Under the pieces are notes generated by a model. The model was not told where the DNA came from. It did no database searches and worked only from the letters and a program-made list of their open reading frames with translations. 64,000 nt of DNA from Candidatus Woesearchaeota archaeon (lineage in GTDB: Archaea; Nanobdellota; Nanobdellia; Woesearchaeales; GW2011-AR15). The translations under genes and the position numbers were made by a program. The stretch spans positions 231,094 to 295,093 of the forward strand of contig JAVZBY010000001.1 of assembly GCA_038874655.1 (NCBI GenBank), read 5' to 3'. Below, one piece after another: positions 30,375-41,007 of this stretch (the stretch's first letter is position 1; every line of letters starts with the position of its first letter).

Positions 30375-30773
30375 ATGATTAAAAAAAAATTTTTTAAAAG
30401 GTCTCAACTAAGTATAGAATTTATTTATATGATTACTGCTGGAGTTCTTTTTTTGATTGTTTTTACAATTATCTTCTCAGATATTTACAAAGATGTTTAT
30501 AATGAAAAAATGGATAAACTTTTTTTTGATTTTGGTACAAGTATCCAGAATGAATTTTTATTAGCTGAAAATGTTAATTTAGGATATGAAAGGATAATTT
30601 TTATACCTGATAGATTAGAAAATTTTGACTATGATCTATGGAACAATGAAAGAATGTTTTTTTTAAATTATAGTGGTAAAACAATAGCTTTTCAAATACC
30701 TTTTGTTATTGGTAATTTAAAAAAGGGTTATAATACACTATATAATAATGGGACAATAGTTATAAAAAATTGA
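30375..30773 (+). CDS. Class III signal-peptide (pilin-like) protein
   Basis: KRS|QLSIE plus hydrophobic helix; GYER..IP. Confidence 0.85.
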   Translation: MIKKKFFKRSQLSIEFIYMITAGVLFLIVFTIIFSDIYKDVYNEKMDKLFFDFGTSIQNEFLLAENVNLGYERIIFIPDRLENFDYDLWNNERMFFLNYSGKTIAFQIPFVIGNLKKGYNTLYNNGTIVIKN

Positions 30774-30870
30774 CTATTAATTATGATATTGATTATTATT
30801 GTTGGTTATTCAATTAATAAAAAAGATTTTAATAAAATATTATAATATTATTAAAAGAGAAAAAATAAAG

Positions 30871-31392
30871 ATGAAAAAACTAAAAGTAAAATCACAGATA
30901 TTTTATTTGGATTTTATATTAGGTTTAACTATTTTTTTAGTAATTATTTTTTTGGCTTTTAATTTTATTTATAGAGATAAAATTGAAGAAAATAATTTAG
31001 TTATAGAAGCAGAAAGAATCTCTAATATTCTTTTATCAGAAGGCATACCTAAAAACTGGAATGAAGATAATTTAACTACAAATATTTCCTTTTTAGGCAT
31101 AGTGTCTGACAAATCACTAGATATTGAAAAATTAAGAGCACTTAGTTCCTTATGTTTGAACAACTATACAAAGGTTAAAAATATTTTTTCTGTAAAATAT
31201 GACTTTTATGTATATTTTGAAAATCTTAATCAAGAGATTATTAATCTTACTATTATTAATTCAACAGATACTTTTTTGTGTAATTACAAAAAAGATGTTG
31301 AGGATTACATTACTATAAACAGATTATTAGTCTATAGACATGATGATATTGCAGAAGTTTTAAATATGAAAATTGTTGTTTATTCCAGTTGA
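30871..31392 (+). CDS. Class III signal-peptide (minor pilin-like) protein
   Basis: KS|QIFYLDF plus hydrophobic helix; LLSEGIPKNW; start moved to ATG 30871. Confidence 0.8.
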   Translation: MKKLKVKSQIFYLDFILGLTIFLVIIFLAFNFIYRDKIEENNLVIEAERISNILLSEGIPKNWNEDNLTTNISFLGIVSDKSLDIEKLRALSSLCLNNYTKVKNIFSVKYDFYVYFENLNQEIINLTIINSTDTFLCNYKKDVEDYITINRLLVYRHDDIAEVLNMKIVVYSS

Positions 31393-31471
31393 TAATGTCA
31401 TTTTCAATACTTTGTTAAAATTAAGTTTAGTAAATAAGTTTTAATTAATAATAGAGTAAATAAAAATTAAA

Positions 31472-34400
31472 ATGAAAAAAAGAGGGGTATTTTTTATTTT
31501 GGATGCTATTTTTGCAGTTTCTTTAATAGCAATAGCTTTAATATTATCATTAAAGTTTTTTATCATAGATACAAAACCCACACAGGTTAAGTTATATTCA
31601 CAAGATATAATTGATGTTTTTTCAAATATTAAAGTAAAAGAAATTAATAATTCTTATGTTAAATTGTTGATTTCAGAAGGTAAAATAAATAATTTAGATA
31701 ATACAATTATAGAACAAATAGGTGAATTTTATGTTTTAAACATGACAGAGTATGCTAAAAATTTCTCTGAGTTATTTGTTAGTAATTTATCAAAAAATTA
31801 TGGCATAGAAATTTTAGTAAATAATGAACAAATTTTTTTAAAGGAATCATTATACAATAAAAATGATGAGCAAATAAGTTCTCGAAAATTAATTTCTGGA
31901 ATTGAAAAATTTAAACCTTTAAAAGGAGCGACATCAAAAGTTTTTTTGACTGGGTTGGAAAAAAAGAAATATTCAAGCTATGCTTATTTTGGAGGTTTTA
32001 TAGGACAAGGAAATATTTCCATAACAATGTATTTACCAAATAATTTAAATTTTACAAATCTTTATCTTGAATTAAACACAATTTCTAGTTTTCTTTTTTA
32101 TGTTAATGATAGACAATGCGAAGATGTATTTTATCCTTCATTAGTTTATATGGGCGCAGATTCTTATGATTTGAAAAATTGCACATCCTATTTAGTAAAA
32201 AATGCAATTAATAATTTTAGTTTTGTTTTTTTAGATACATTGGATAAAGCATATATAGGAGGTGGTTTTTTAAGAGTTGATTATTATACAGATGAGATGA
32301 AACCTGAAGAAAAAAATTATTATATAAATAATACTTTATATGGTATTAATGGAATCGTAAATGTATATGATTCTTTTTTTGTTCCAGGCAATATAAAAAA
32401 TATAAGTGTTTATTTGCATTATGACATAGATTTAAAAAATTTGACTAATAATACTTTTTATTTTACAATAGGAAATGCAACTATTTTTCGAGATAATAAT
32501 TTAACAGGAGAAAAAAGTGTTTTTTTAAGTTATAATAATATAACTTCTAAAATTCAAGCTTCTATATTAAGCTTTAATACAATACCCTTTAGAATTGGAT
32601 TTGAAAATGCATCTTTTGGCTATATTTATGAAGGAAATGCTGATGTTGCTTTAATAACAGATGTTTCAGGAAGTATGCAATGGACAATGGTTAATTCAAA
32701 TAATGGTGTTCTAAGAGATTGTGATGATCCTAATATAAATAATTCTGATACAGCAAGAATAAGTGTGGCAAAATGTTTAGATAAACAATTTACAGATGAT
32801 ATTTTGAATATAACAGGAAATAAGTTAGGTTTAGTTTCTTTTTCAACTAATACAATAACAAATCAATTAGTAGCGCCAACTAATGATAAAAATTTTTTAT
32901 ACACAACTATTAATTCTTATGTAGCAACCGGTTCAACATGTATTTGCTGTGGGATTAATTCAGCAAGAATGTTATTAACAAATAAAACTAAGAGAACAAT
33001 TTTAATTAATAGAAATAGTAATTGGTTGTATAATAATTTCAGTTTAACTAATGAGCCAGAATTAGATGCAAATGGTAATCCTTGGTATGCTTATTCATAT
33101 GATAAGGAAAAAGAATGGTTTGAAGGAAATACAATATTAGGTAGCACAAATAGCTTAGTTTATAGCCCTTTTGTTAATAAAGAAATTGGTTCTAATTTGT
33201 CATACAATTCTAAGTTTGCCAATTTATGGGAACATTATTTAGATAATCCAGGGCCACCAAATGATTTTACATCAGGAATATTGAATTATAGTGCAAACAC
33301 ATATGGAATTAATGGGAATGATGATGGTTGGGATTGGGATCTAATTAATGGAGTTGGTGTTTTTGGATATGATGACGATATTGACTATAATTTTATTGTC
33401 AATGGTATGCTTGAATTAGATTCTGGAACTGGAAATCCTGTTAGAAATAGATGTTCGAATTATGATTGTTCTGGTGCATATGGTATAGAGATAGTGATTA
33501 GTGAAGATATTTATAATAATTTATTATCTGGAGGGAGTGCAATTTTATCTTTTTATTATGAATGGCGTGAACAAAATGGTAATCCCTTTGAAAACGATGA
33601 TGAAGCGTGGATTAAAGCTAGATGGACAAGTCCATATTCAGGACAGCATTATTTAGGAGGAAATTATGATAATTATGGAACAATATATCAACATTCTGGT
33701 GCAGATAATACATTAGAAATAATGGCAATTGAAAATCCTGATGTTGATCAAACAGGGCATTATTTACAAGATATTAGTTCTTTTATAGAGGGTCCGGGTA
33801 ATTATTATTTAGAGATAGGTGGTAAATTATTAGCAAATGCAAATGATGAATTTGGTTATTGGAGATTTGATAATATTCAACTAGAATTTACAAATTCTAC
33901 AAACACATATTATTTTAGAAAAAATTTCACAATTACAGACTTAAGCTTAGTTAGAAAGGGAATTTTAAATGTTCTATCTGATGATTATGCAGAAGTTTAT
34001 TTAAATGGTGAGCTTATAGATATTGATACTTCTAAACATTCAGCATATTATTGGAATAGAAGGGGGATTATAATACCACAAGAAAAATTTATATTAGGGA
34101 ATAATGTGATAGCAATAAAATTAGTGAACACAAATTTTTCTGCAAAATTTGATTTAGAATTAATAGCTTTAAATGATACAAGGGATTATGCTATGCTAGT
34201 TATGACAGATGGACAAGCTAATTATTATTGTTCTGATTATAATGATACTACAGGCACTTATGATGTTCAAAGAGCAATAAGTTCAGCAATAAATGCTTCT
34301 TGTTATTCAAGAGAAAATTATGGAATTACTGTTTATGCAGTTGGTTTTAGTGATGAAGCAGATGAAGATACTCTACAAAAAATCGCTGAATGTGGTTTAG

Positions 34401-35266
34401 GTATGTACAGAAAAAGTGATAATGTGTCAGCATTAAGAGAATTTTATAAAGATGTGGCTTCTTCTATTGTTTCAGCAAGTAGACATTCACAGACAATAGA
34501 AATGCAAGGAAATATTACTTATAGTAAATTGTATCCAGATTCTTATATTTTTATTGAATATGAACCCTTATTGCAAGAACAATATTTTGCTGAACTGTCA
34601 AAAATTGTTGAAATAAAAAATTTTGACAATTGTAATTTTACTGTTTTTATACCAAATGAGGTAAGAGTTTCTGATGCTAAATTAACAAGTTATTCAGCAG
34701 AGCATTGGACAGATGGATTAAAGGTTAATGATAATGTTATTTATAATTTAAGTCTTTTTTCAAAAGATTATACTGGCTTAGGAGATCCTTTTTTTATCAA
34801 TATACCAGTACAATATTTAAGAAGAGGTAGTAATTATTTTGAATTAAGAACGGGTGATAGTTTAGAGAATTCAACAGGTTGCTCATTAAATAATACATTG
34901 ATTTATGTTGCTAATGTTCAAGGAAGTGCATCATATAATGATGTATTAGAAAAAGCAGTTGGTTGTGAGTGGTTTATTGAATTTGATGATGGTGATACAA
35001 TAAGTATTAATGTTCCACCAGATTATAATGGAAATAAAAAATGTAATTATACAAATCAACAAATAATATCAGGAATTCCAGGATATGACTTAAATGATAC
35101 TTATGATGATGCTATGTTTAAATTATTAAGTAATTTGGATTTTGATAAAGATGGTAGAATATTTATTAATTTAAAAGAGAATGATTTGATTGTTGGCGCA
35201 ATATCAGTTGGAAAAGTTCCTTATCCATGGGGCCCAGCTATTGCAGAAATAAGGGTTTTTGGTTAA
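31472..35266 (+). CDS. Large pilin-like vWA-domain adhesin (1264 aa)
   Basis: KKRG|VFFILDA; MIDAS DVSGS (32660), TGST, VMTDG (34205); many N-x-S/T sequons. Confidence 0.85.
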   Translation: MKKRGVFFILDAIFAVSLIAIALILSLKFFIIDTKPTQVKLYSQDIIDVFSNIKVKEINNSYVKLLISEGKINNLDNTIIEQIGEFYVLNMTEYAKNFSELFVSNLSKNYGIEILVNNEQIFLKESLYNKNDEQISSRKLISGIEKFKPLKGATSKVFLTGLEKKKYSSYAYFGGFIGQGNISITMYLPNNLNFTNLYLELNTISSFLFYVNDRQCEDVFYPSLVYMGADSYDLKNCTSYLVKNAINNFSFVFLDTLDKAYIGGGFLRVDYYTDEMKPEEKNYYINNTLYGINGIVNVYDSFFVPGNIKNISVYLHYDIDLKNLTNNTFYFTIGNATIFRDNNLTGEKSVFLSYNNITSKIQASILSFNTIPFRIGFENASFGYIYEGNADVALITDVSGSMQWTMVNSNNGVLRDCDDPNINNSDTARISVAKCLDKQFTDDILNITGNKLGLVSFSTNTITNQLVAPTNDKNFLYTTINSYVATGSTCICCGINSARMLLTNKTKRTILINRNSNWLYNNFSLTNEPELDANGNPWYAYSYDKEKEWFEGNTILGSTNSLVYSPFVNKEIGSNLSYNSKFANLWEHYLDNPGPPNDFTSGILNYSANTYGINGNDDGWDWDLINGVGVFGYDDDIDYNFIVNGMLELDSGTGNPVRNRCSNYDCSGAYGIEIVISEDIYNNLLSGGSAILSFYYEWREQNGNPFENDDEAWIKARWTSPYSGQHYLGGNYDNYGTIYQHSGADNTLEIMAIENPDVDQTGHYLQDISSFIEGPGNYYLEIGGKLLANANDEFGYWRFDNIQLEFTNSTNTYYFRKNFTITDLSLVRKGILNVLSDDYAEVYLNGELIDIDTSKHSAYYWNRRGIIIPQEKFILGNNVIAIKLVNTNFSAKFDLELIALNDTRDYAMLVMTDGQANYYCSDYNDTTGTYDVQRAISSAINASCYSRENYGITVYAVGFSDEADEDTLQKIAECGLGMYRKSDNVSALREFYKDVASSIVSASRHSQTIEMQGNITYSKLYPDSYIFIEYEPLLQEQYFAELSKIVEIKNFDNCNFTVFIPNEVRVSDAKLTSYSAEHWTDGLKVNDNVIYNLSLFSKDYTGLGDPFFINIPVQYLRRGSNYFELRTGDSLENSTGCSLNNTLIYVANVQGSASYNDVLEKAVGCEWFIEFDDGDTISINVPPDYNGNKKCNYTNQQIISGIPGYDLNDTYDDAMFKLLSNLDFDKDGRIFINLKENDLIVGAISVGKVPYPWGPAIAEIRVFG

Positions 35267-35293
35267 ATATAAATTATAAAAAATTTATAAAAA

Positions 35294-36274
35294 ATGAAAA
35301 TAAAAATTTTTAAAACAAAGAAAGGATTTTTTTTCACATTAGCCTCTATTCTTTTGATTATTTTACTAATCTCAATTATAAGCACAAGAAATACTTATAG
35401 ATATAAAGAAAAACAAGATTCTATAAGCACAAGGATTAAGACAATGAATTCTTTTATAGAAGATTTTGAAAATGATTTAGATAGAGAGTTATATATTGGT
35501 GGATATAGAGCAATTATCAGTATGACTTCATATTTAAAGGAAATACAATCTTTTTTATATGATACAAATTTTGTTTTTAGCGAAGTTTTTCTCAATGGAA
35601 CAATAAATAATACAAATCAAGTGTTAATGAAACAAGAAACAAATGGAATAGAAACAGGCGCAGACTTTAAAAGTTGGCTTTCTAGAATTAATCAAGAAGC
35701 AGATAAATTAAATATTTTTGTTAGCGTTAATATAAATGAAGTAAAAATTTTTCATGAAGATCCTTTTAATATTACTATCTATCTTGAAGGAAATTTTCTT
35801 TTTGAAGATAAAAATAGTTTGGCAAAATTTAATTTCACTAAAAATTTCACAAAAAAGATACCTATTACTGGTTTTGAAGATCCTTTGTATGTTGTTGCAA
35901 GTAAAGATAAAATAACTAACTTAATTAATATTACACCTTACACTATTTTTGTTGATGAAAATAATATTACAAATTTACAAGAGCATTATAGATATTCTTA
36001 TTATAAAGTTAATAATAAAGCACCAAGTTTTTTAATGAGATTTTCTGGTAATTTTTCAGAGTCAATTTATGGAATAGAGAGTATGATTTATTTACCTAAA
36101 TATTATGCACAATTTGGTAATTATAAAGATAGGAGTGTTATAGATTATATCTATTTTGGAAATCAAAGTTTAATGTTTTATTGTAATATTACAGGCATGC
36201 CACCAGAATTTAGAATTGATTCTTTACATTTAAATGATTATCAGATTAATGAGTTAAATTATAGTATTTGTTAA
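35294..36274 (+). CDS. Class III signal-peptide (minor pilin-like) protein
   Basis: KKG|FFFTL plus hydrophobic helix; GFEDPLY, APSFLMRF, GIESM. Confidence 0.8.
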   Translation: MKIKIFKTKKGFFFTLASILLIILLISIISTRNTYRYKEKQDSISTRIKTMNSFIEDFENDLDRELYIGGYRAIISMTSYLKEIQSFLYDTNFVFSEVFLNGTINNTNQVLMKQETNGIETGADFKSWLSRINQEADKLNIFVSVNINEVKIFHEDPFNITIYLEGNFLFEDKNSLAKFNFTKNFTKKIPITGFEDPLYVVASKDKITNLINITPYTIFVDENNITNLQEHYRYSYYKVNNKAPSFLMRFSGNFSESIYGIESMIYLPKYYAQFGNYKDRSVIDYIYFGNQSLMFYCNITGMPPEFRIDSLHLNDYQINELNYSIC

Positions 36275-36326
36275 AGATAATTTTTAAAAATTAGTATCAT
36301 AAAAAACATAATAAACGGTAATTTAT

Positions 36327-36668
36327 ATGATATATAATAAAACTAAAAATATCTTAATTTGTAAAGAAAAAAAAATTTTAAATAATGTTATTGAGAAAGC
36401 AATAGGTTTGATGTTTTCTAAACCTATTAAAGATAAAGGATATATTTTTGTTTTTGAAAAATCCCAAAGAGTTAGTTTGCACATGTTTTTTGTTTTTTTT
36501 CCTATTGATGTTGTTTTTTTAGATGAAAATAAAAGAGTTGTTGAGATAAAAGAAAATTTTAGACCTTTTACTTTTTATTCTAGTAAAAATAAAATAAAAT
36601 TTTTTATTGAGATTCCTCAAGGATTAATAAAAAATAAAATAGAAATAAATGATATTTTGTCTTTTTAG
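36327..36668 (+). CDS. DUF192-family protein
   Basis: GLMFSK, LHMFFVFFPIDVVFLD, FIEIPQG. Confidence 0.88.
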   Translation: MIYNKTKNILICKEKKILNNVIEKAIGLMFSKPIKDKGYIFVFEKSQRVSLHMFFVFFPIDVVFLDENKRVVEIKENFRPFTFYSSKNKIKFFIEIPQGLIKNKIEINDILSF

Positions 36669-36688
36669 TTTTTTTAAGCTTTTTAGTT

Positions 36689-38615
36689 TTATGAATAAAA
36701 TTCAGGAAATAATTCTTTTTCTGTTGCTCCTCTTGTCATTGCAAATGTATTAAAACAATTTTGATTAAAGAATGTTTTTTGAAGTTTTGTTTTATATTTT
36801 TCTTCTAAGCCATTAAATATATCTAATAATGCAGTGTTAAATGCATTTTTTCTTGGAGGAACACCATAATCTTCAGTTTTTCCAGATCTTACTTCAAAAT
36901 GTAGATGGATTCCATTTGCATCTCCAGAATCACTAGCTATCCCTAAAATTTCACCTTTCTTAACATAATTACCTAGGCAATAATATCTGAAATCGTTAGG
37001 GTCATCTGGGTTTCTTATATATAAATTTTCAGGATTTAAATGCATATATAAAAGATAAATAGGATATTCTGTGCATTTCAAAATAACAGTTGCACCATAA
37101 TTAACACCAGGCTCTTCATTTGGTTGATTTTTTTTATATATTATTGTATGTTGCTCATTTTGACATTTCATTTCAACATTAGAATTCCAAATATCTATGA
37201 TTTCAGCATCACATGAAGCAATAACATAAGTTGCAGCATCTATATCTGTTCCAGCATGAATATACTTCTCTAAAGCTGCATTTTTAGAATATTCTCTATC
37301 TGAGAAACAGAATCTTGTAGCTACTTCTTTTTTATAGATTGGATATTCTAATTTGGGAAAAACTTTGTTTATTGATTTAATAGTTATTTTATAATCTATT
37401 TTTTCATATGAACTTACATATATGTATAATTTATTACCTATCTTTTGTTTTATAATATTTATATTCTCATTACTTATTATTGCAATCTTATTAATATCAT
37501 CTTCAAAATCTGCTTCATAAATTATATAGGTTAATTCATCTATACAATTATTTTCTTCAAAGGGGGATAGTAATTTTTTTTCTTATTATATTTATATCAT
37601 TTAAGAGATTATTATTTCTTTCACAATACTCAGAATTTAAATTATCTATTTGTTTTTTCTCACTTTCTTGTGTTATCGCATTTTGTTCATCAGAGTACAA
37701 GCCACCATTATAAAAACCAGATAAATATATCTCATCATCTTTTTTTTCAACAAAAGGGATTTTATTTTTCCCATTTACGATAACATATTTTGAGAAATGA
37801 TTAGTATAGATAATTAGTTCTTTTTTCTTTATATTAACAATAGTAGGTAAAAAACGCCATTCTTTTTTTTCATCATTCAAGTAAGCTATTTTTAAATCAT
37901 ATGGATTTAAACCATTAAGCCACTCATCTTTATATTTTATTCTTAATTCCATTAAATCACTAGATTTTAAGTTATCAGGTTCTAAGTCATAAATAAAATC
38001 GCCAATTATAAAACTAAAATCAGGTTTTTTATCTACTTTGATAGAGATTTGAGAAATTGGTTCATTATTAAGAGAAAAAGAAGTTCCTTTTTTTAAATAT
38101 AAAATTGCATTTTCATCTGTTGAAACAATCTTTGTGTCAAAAGCCAATTCGTTGTTTTCTATTTTTAAATTTTTAAATGAAATTTTTGAAAACATATATC
38201 TATATTCATTTATTTTGTCTATTTGATCTTCCATTTTTAAGGTTGTTTCAAGATTTAATTTTACAGAAATAGTGTTTTCATTTTCTTCTACTGAAATATC
38301 TATATTATTAAGATTATAATCTTTTTCTAGTAAACTAAATTGATTTATACAATTAGGAAAGTCAAATTTTATATAACCCTTTATTTCTTCTGTTTCAAAT
38401 CCATATTCATTTATACCTTTTAAAAAACTTTTTTCTAAGCAGTCATTAGAAAATGACATATAATTATTTAATTTCAGTATGAATAATTCTTTTTTTGTTT
38501 TTTCTAATTCAGCATTTTTAATACTTGTGTCTTTTATTAAAAGAAAAATTATAATAATTAATATAAAGAAAGTAATTAGAATACCTATAAAAAGAGTTAT
38601 TTGAGATTTTTTCAC
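36689..38615 (-). CDS. Pilin-like protein with a ZU5-like NHFS domain and C-terminal M23 metallopeptidase; one +1 frameshift near 37560 (about 641 aa joined)
   Basis: KKS|QITLF signal; ORF 37557..38615 ends ATC CCC CTT TGA; the +1 frame (GAA GAA AAT...) is stop-free into ORF 36689..37171 and supplies HAGTD (37244-37258), completing M23 motifs YMHL, VKKGEILG and HLHFEVR. Confidence 0.85.
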
Positions 38616-38651
38616 ATAAATTAAAATGAAGAATAAATTTTTATATTTTTC

Positions 38652-38861
38652 TCAAATCATTTCTCCAATTTCAACTTCTTCATTTTCATCTATTATTTGT
38701 TCTTCTACTATTTCTGTATTATCTTGTAATGTATTTTTTTGTGTTTCTATTTCTTTTTGTGATTCTTTTTCTACAATATTATTTTCTACTTTTTTTGTAC
38801 ATGCAGTAATTATTGTTAAAATAATTAGGAATGATAAAATAATACTTATTATTTTTTTCAT
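38652..38861 (-). CDS. Small acidic lipoprotein
   Basis: MKKII..IITAC lipobox-like signal; acidic tail EEVEIGEMI; GAGAGTGA upstream. Confidence 0.7.
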   Translation of the reverse strand: MKKIISIILSFLIILTIITACTKKVENNIVEKESQKEIETQKNTLQDNTEIVEEQIIDENEEVEIGEMI

Positions 38862-38909
38862 TTTTATCACTCTCTTTTAATTTTTTATTAATTTTTTATT
38901 ATTTTATTT

Positions 38910-39905
38910 TTATTCTTTTTTTGAATTATTAGCTCTGATTCTGTTTCTTTCCTTTTCTTGTTCTCTAATCTCTTTTAAATTATTTAAAATTTCTTTTTTT
39001 TCTTTTAAAACTTCTTTATTTGTTTTTATTTTTTCTTCAATTAAAATATTTACCTTTGCTTTTTTTTCTTCAATTGTTAAATTAGGATTTTGCATTATTT
39101 CTTTTACTTTATCTACATTTTCATTTTTATCCAGTCTTAATCTTGTGTTTAAAGCAATTTGTTTTCTTATTTCAATTTTTTCTCTTTCTTTGTTAAATCT
39201 TTCTATAATATTCTTTTTTTCTGTAATATTTAATGTTTTTAATCTTTCTTTTACCATATTTTTTATTTCCTTAGATGTTAAGTTTTTTTCTTCAATTTCT
39301 TTTTTTAAATCTTCTAAGTTTATGTTAGTATTATTAAATAAATACATTGTTCTTTTTTTATTTAATTCTTTTATAGCATTTCTAACTTTGTTTTCAATTT
39401 TCTCAACTTCTTCAAATGATTTTTTTTTAAGTTCTTGTCTTAATCTTTCTTTTTCTTCATCACTTAAATTTTTTAGATTATTTTTAAATTCTTTTGTTAA
39501 GTTAATTGCTTTTGATTTTAAATCTACAAATTCTATTACTAATTCTTGGTTAGTTTCATCATTTGAGGTATTAATATTCTCAATTTTTTTAGAAATCTCT
39601 GTATTAATTGATTTTAATTCAGTTAGAATCTCATCCATTCTTTTGTCATAAGTTATATTTTTATTATCTAATGCTTTTAATATTTGCTCTCCATGTAATA
39701 TATTTCTAATAATATTTTTTTGTAATTGCAATAATCTAATTATTGCTCCATGTGGGGTATTCATTATTTCAACATATTTTAAATCTTTATTTAGTTCATC
39801 TATTTGATTAGTTTCATTAGTTTTATTTTGTATTTCTTCTTCTGCAAAAGCAAAGACACTAAAAAGCATGATAGCAATTAAAAGCAAAAAAATATTTTTT
39901 TTCAT
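38910..39905 (-). CDS. Secreted long coiled-coil protein
   Basis: Sec signal ending AFA; HGAIIRLLQLQ followed by Lys/Glu heptads; GGAGG RBS. Confidence 0.75.
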   Translation of the reverse strand: MKKNIFLLLIAIMLFSVFAFAEEEIQNKTNETNQIDELNKDLKYVEIMNTPHGAIIRLLQLQKNIIRNILHGEQILKALDNKNITYDKRMDEILTELKSINTEISKKIENINTSNDETNQELVIEFVDLKSKAINLTKEFKNNLKNLSDEEKERLRQELKKKSFEEVEKIENKVRNAIKELNKKRTMYLFNNTNINLEDLKKEIEEKNLTSKEIKNMVKERLKTLNITEKKNIIERFNKEREKIEIRKQIALNTRLRLDKNENVDKVKEIMQNPNLTIEEKKAKVNILIEEKIKTNKEVLKEKKEILNNLKEIREQEKERNRIRANNSKKE

Positions 39906-39965
39906 TTTTATCCCTCCTTATTCATTTCATTTTTAATTAATATAATTTCAATATAAAATAAAATG

Positions 39966-40016
39966 TGGAACAGGATTTAAATTTTATCTGGAAAAGGTTG
40001 GAACAACACGGAACAG
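39966..40016 (-). promoter_or_regulatory. Direct-repeat operator-like site: four YGGAAMAR copies (as read on +) just upstream of a TATA-like element of the 39905 gene
   Basis: GGAA cores at 39967, 39990, 40000 and 40010 (last three exactly 10 bp apart) in an otherwise AT-rich spacer. Confidence 0.55.
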
Positions 40017-40054
40017 TCTAACTTTTAAAAGATTATTATTAAGAAAATTTATGT

Positions 40055-40861
40055 TTATCTAAATTCATCATTTAAAAAAATAATATTAGACATACCTTTT
40101 TTTTCTTTTATTATTATACCTTTTAATCTTAATGACTCAATATTTCTGGATAAAGATGATTTCGGTAAATTTAGTTTTTTTTGGATCTCTTTTTGTGTTA
40201 TACCTTTTTTTTCTTTTTTTAATATTTCATATATTTTTTTTTGTGTATCTGTTAGAGTGTAAAATAATTTCTTGTATTCTTTGCTTTTTCCAGTATTTAA
40301 ATAAGTATATACCCTTTCATAAGGATATTTATATTCTTCTTTTCTATTTTCTGCTTCATTTTTTATTATATTTATCTTTGTTTTTTTATAATAAAAAAAA
40401 GATATTAGTGTAATTAAAATCAATATTATAATTAAAATTGAAGTTGTTTTCAAATAAAGAGAATTCTTGTTTATTATTTTATATTGTATTAATATTTCTA
40501 TTGAATTATTTTTTCCTAAAAAGATGATTTTTTCATTACTTAATCTAAAATTACCTTTTGATTTTATGTAGTTTATTTCAGAATTTTTTGGATAATTTAT
40601 TTCTATTATGTAATTAGAGTAAGTTTCTTTGCTTGTCAGGTTGAAAAGCCAATATTCCTTATTTTTCATTGTTAGGTTTTGAGTTATTTTTTCGTTTATT
40701 AGTTCTTTTATATAATTGTTATCAGTTTTTCCATTTAAGATTGTAGTTCCATCTTTGTTTATGGTAACTTCTAAATCTAAGTAATATGGATTTGCATAGG
40801 CTGAGAAATAAACATATATATTGATTATAAATAATAATATCATAAATAAAATTTTTTTCAT
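40055..40861 (-). CDS. Membrane-anchored winged-HTH regulator (signal peptide, external beta domain, TM, cytoplasmic MarR-like HTH)
   Basis: LTDTQKKIYEIL..ITQKEIQKKLNLPKSSLSRNIESLRLKGII..GMSN. Confidence 0.85.
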   Translation of the reverse strand: MKKILFMILLFIINIYVYFSAYANPYYLDLEVTINKDGTTILNGKTDNNYIKELINEKITQNLTMKNKEYWLFNLTSKETYSNYIIEINYPKNSEINYIKSKGNFRLSNEKIIFLGKNNSIEILIQYKIINKNSLYLKTTSILIIILILITLISFFYYKKTKINIIKNEAENRKEEYKYPYERVYTYLNTGKSKEYKKLFYTLTDTQKKIYEILKKEKKGITQKEIQKKLNLPKSSLSRNIESLRLKGIIIKEKKGMSNIIFLNDEFR

Positions 40862-41007
40862 TTTTTTAATTTATTTTCTTAATATTTTTTTTATATTTTC
40901 TATTTTTTCCATATCCAGAAAAATTTATATAATATAATAAACTTTTTATTTATTTAATTAAAAGTGTTGTTTTAATAATTTTTATATTTTATTTTTGGGT
41001 GAGGTAG

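Noticed and set aside
36689-37171. Stand-alone 160-aa M23 gene
   Set aside because: Lacks the first zinc motif, which lies upstream in the same open frame; it is the tail of the 38615 gene
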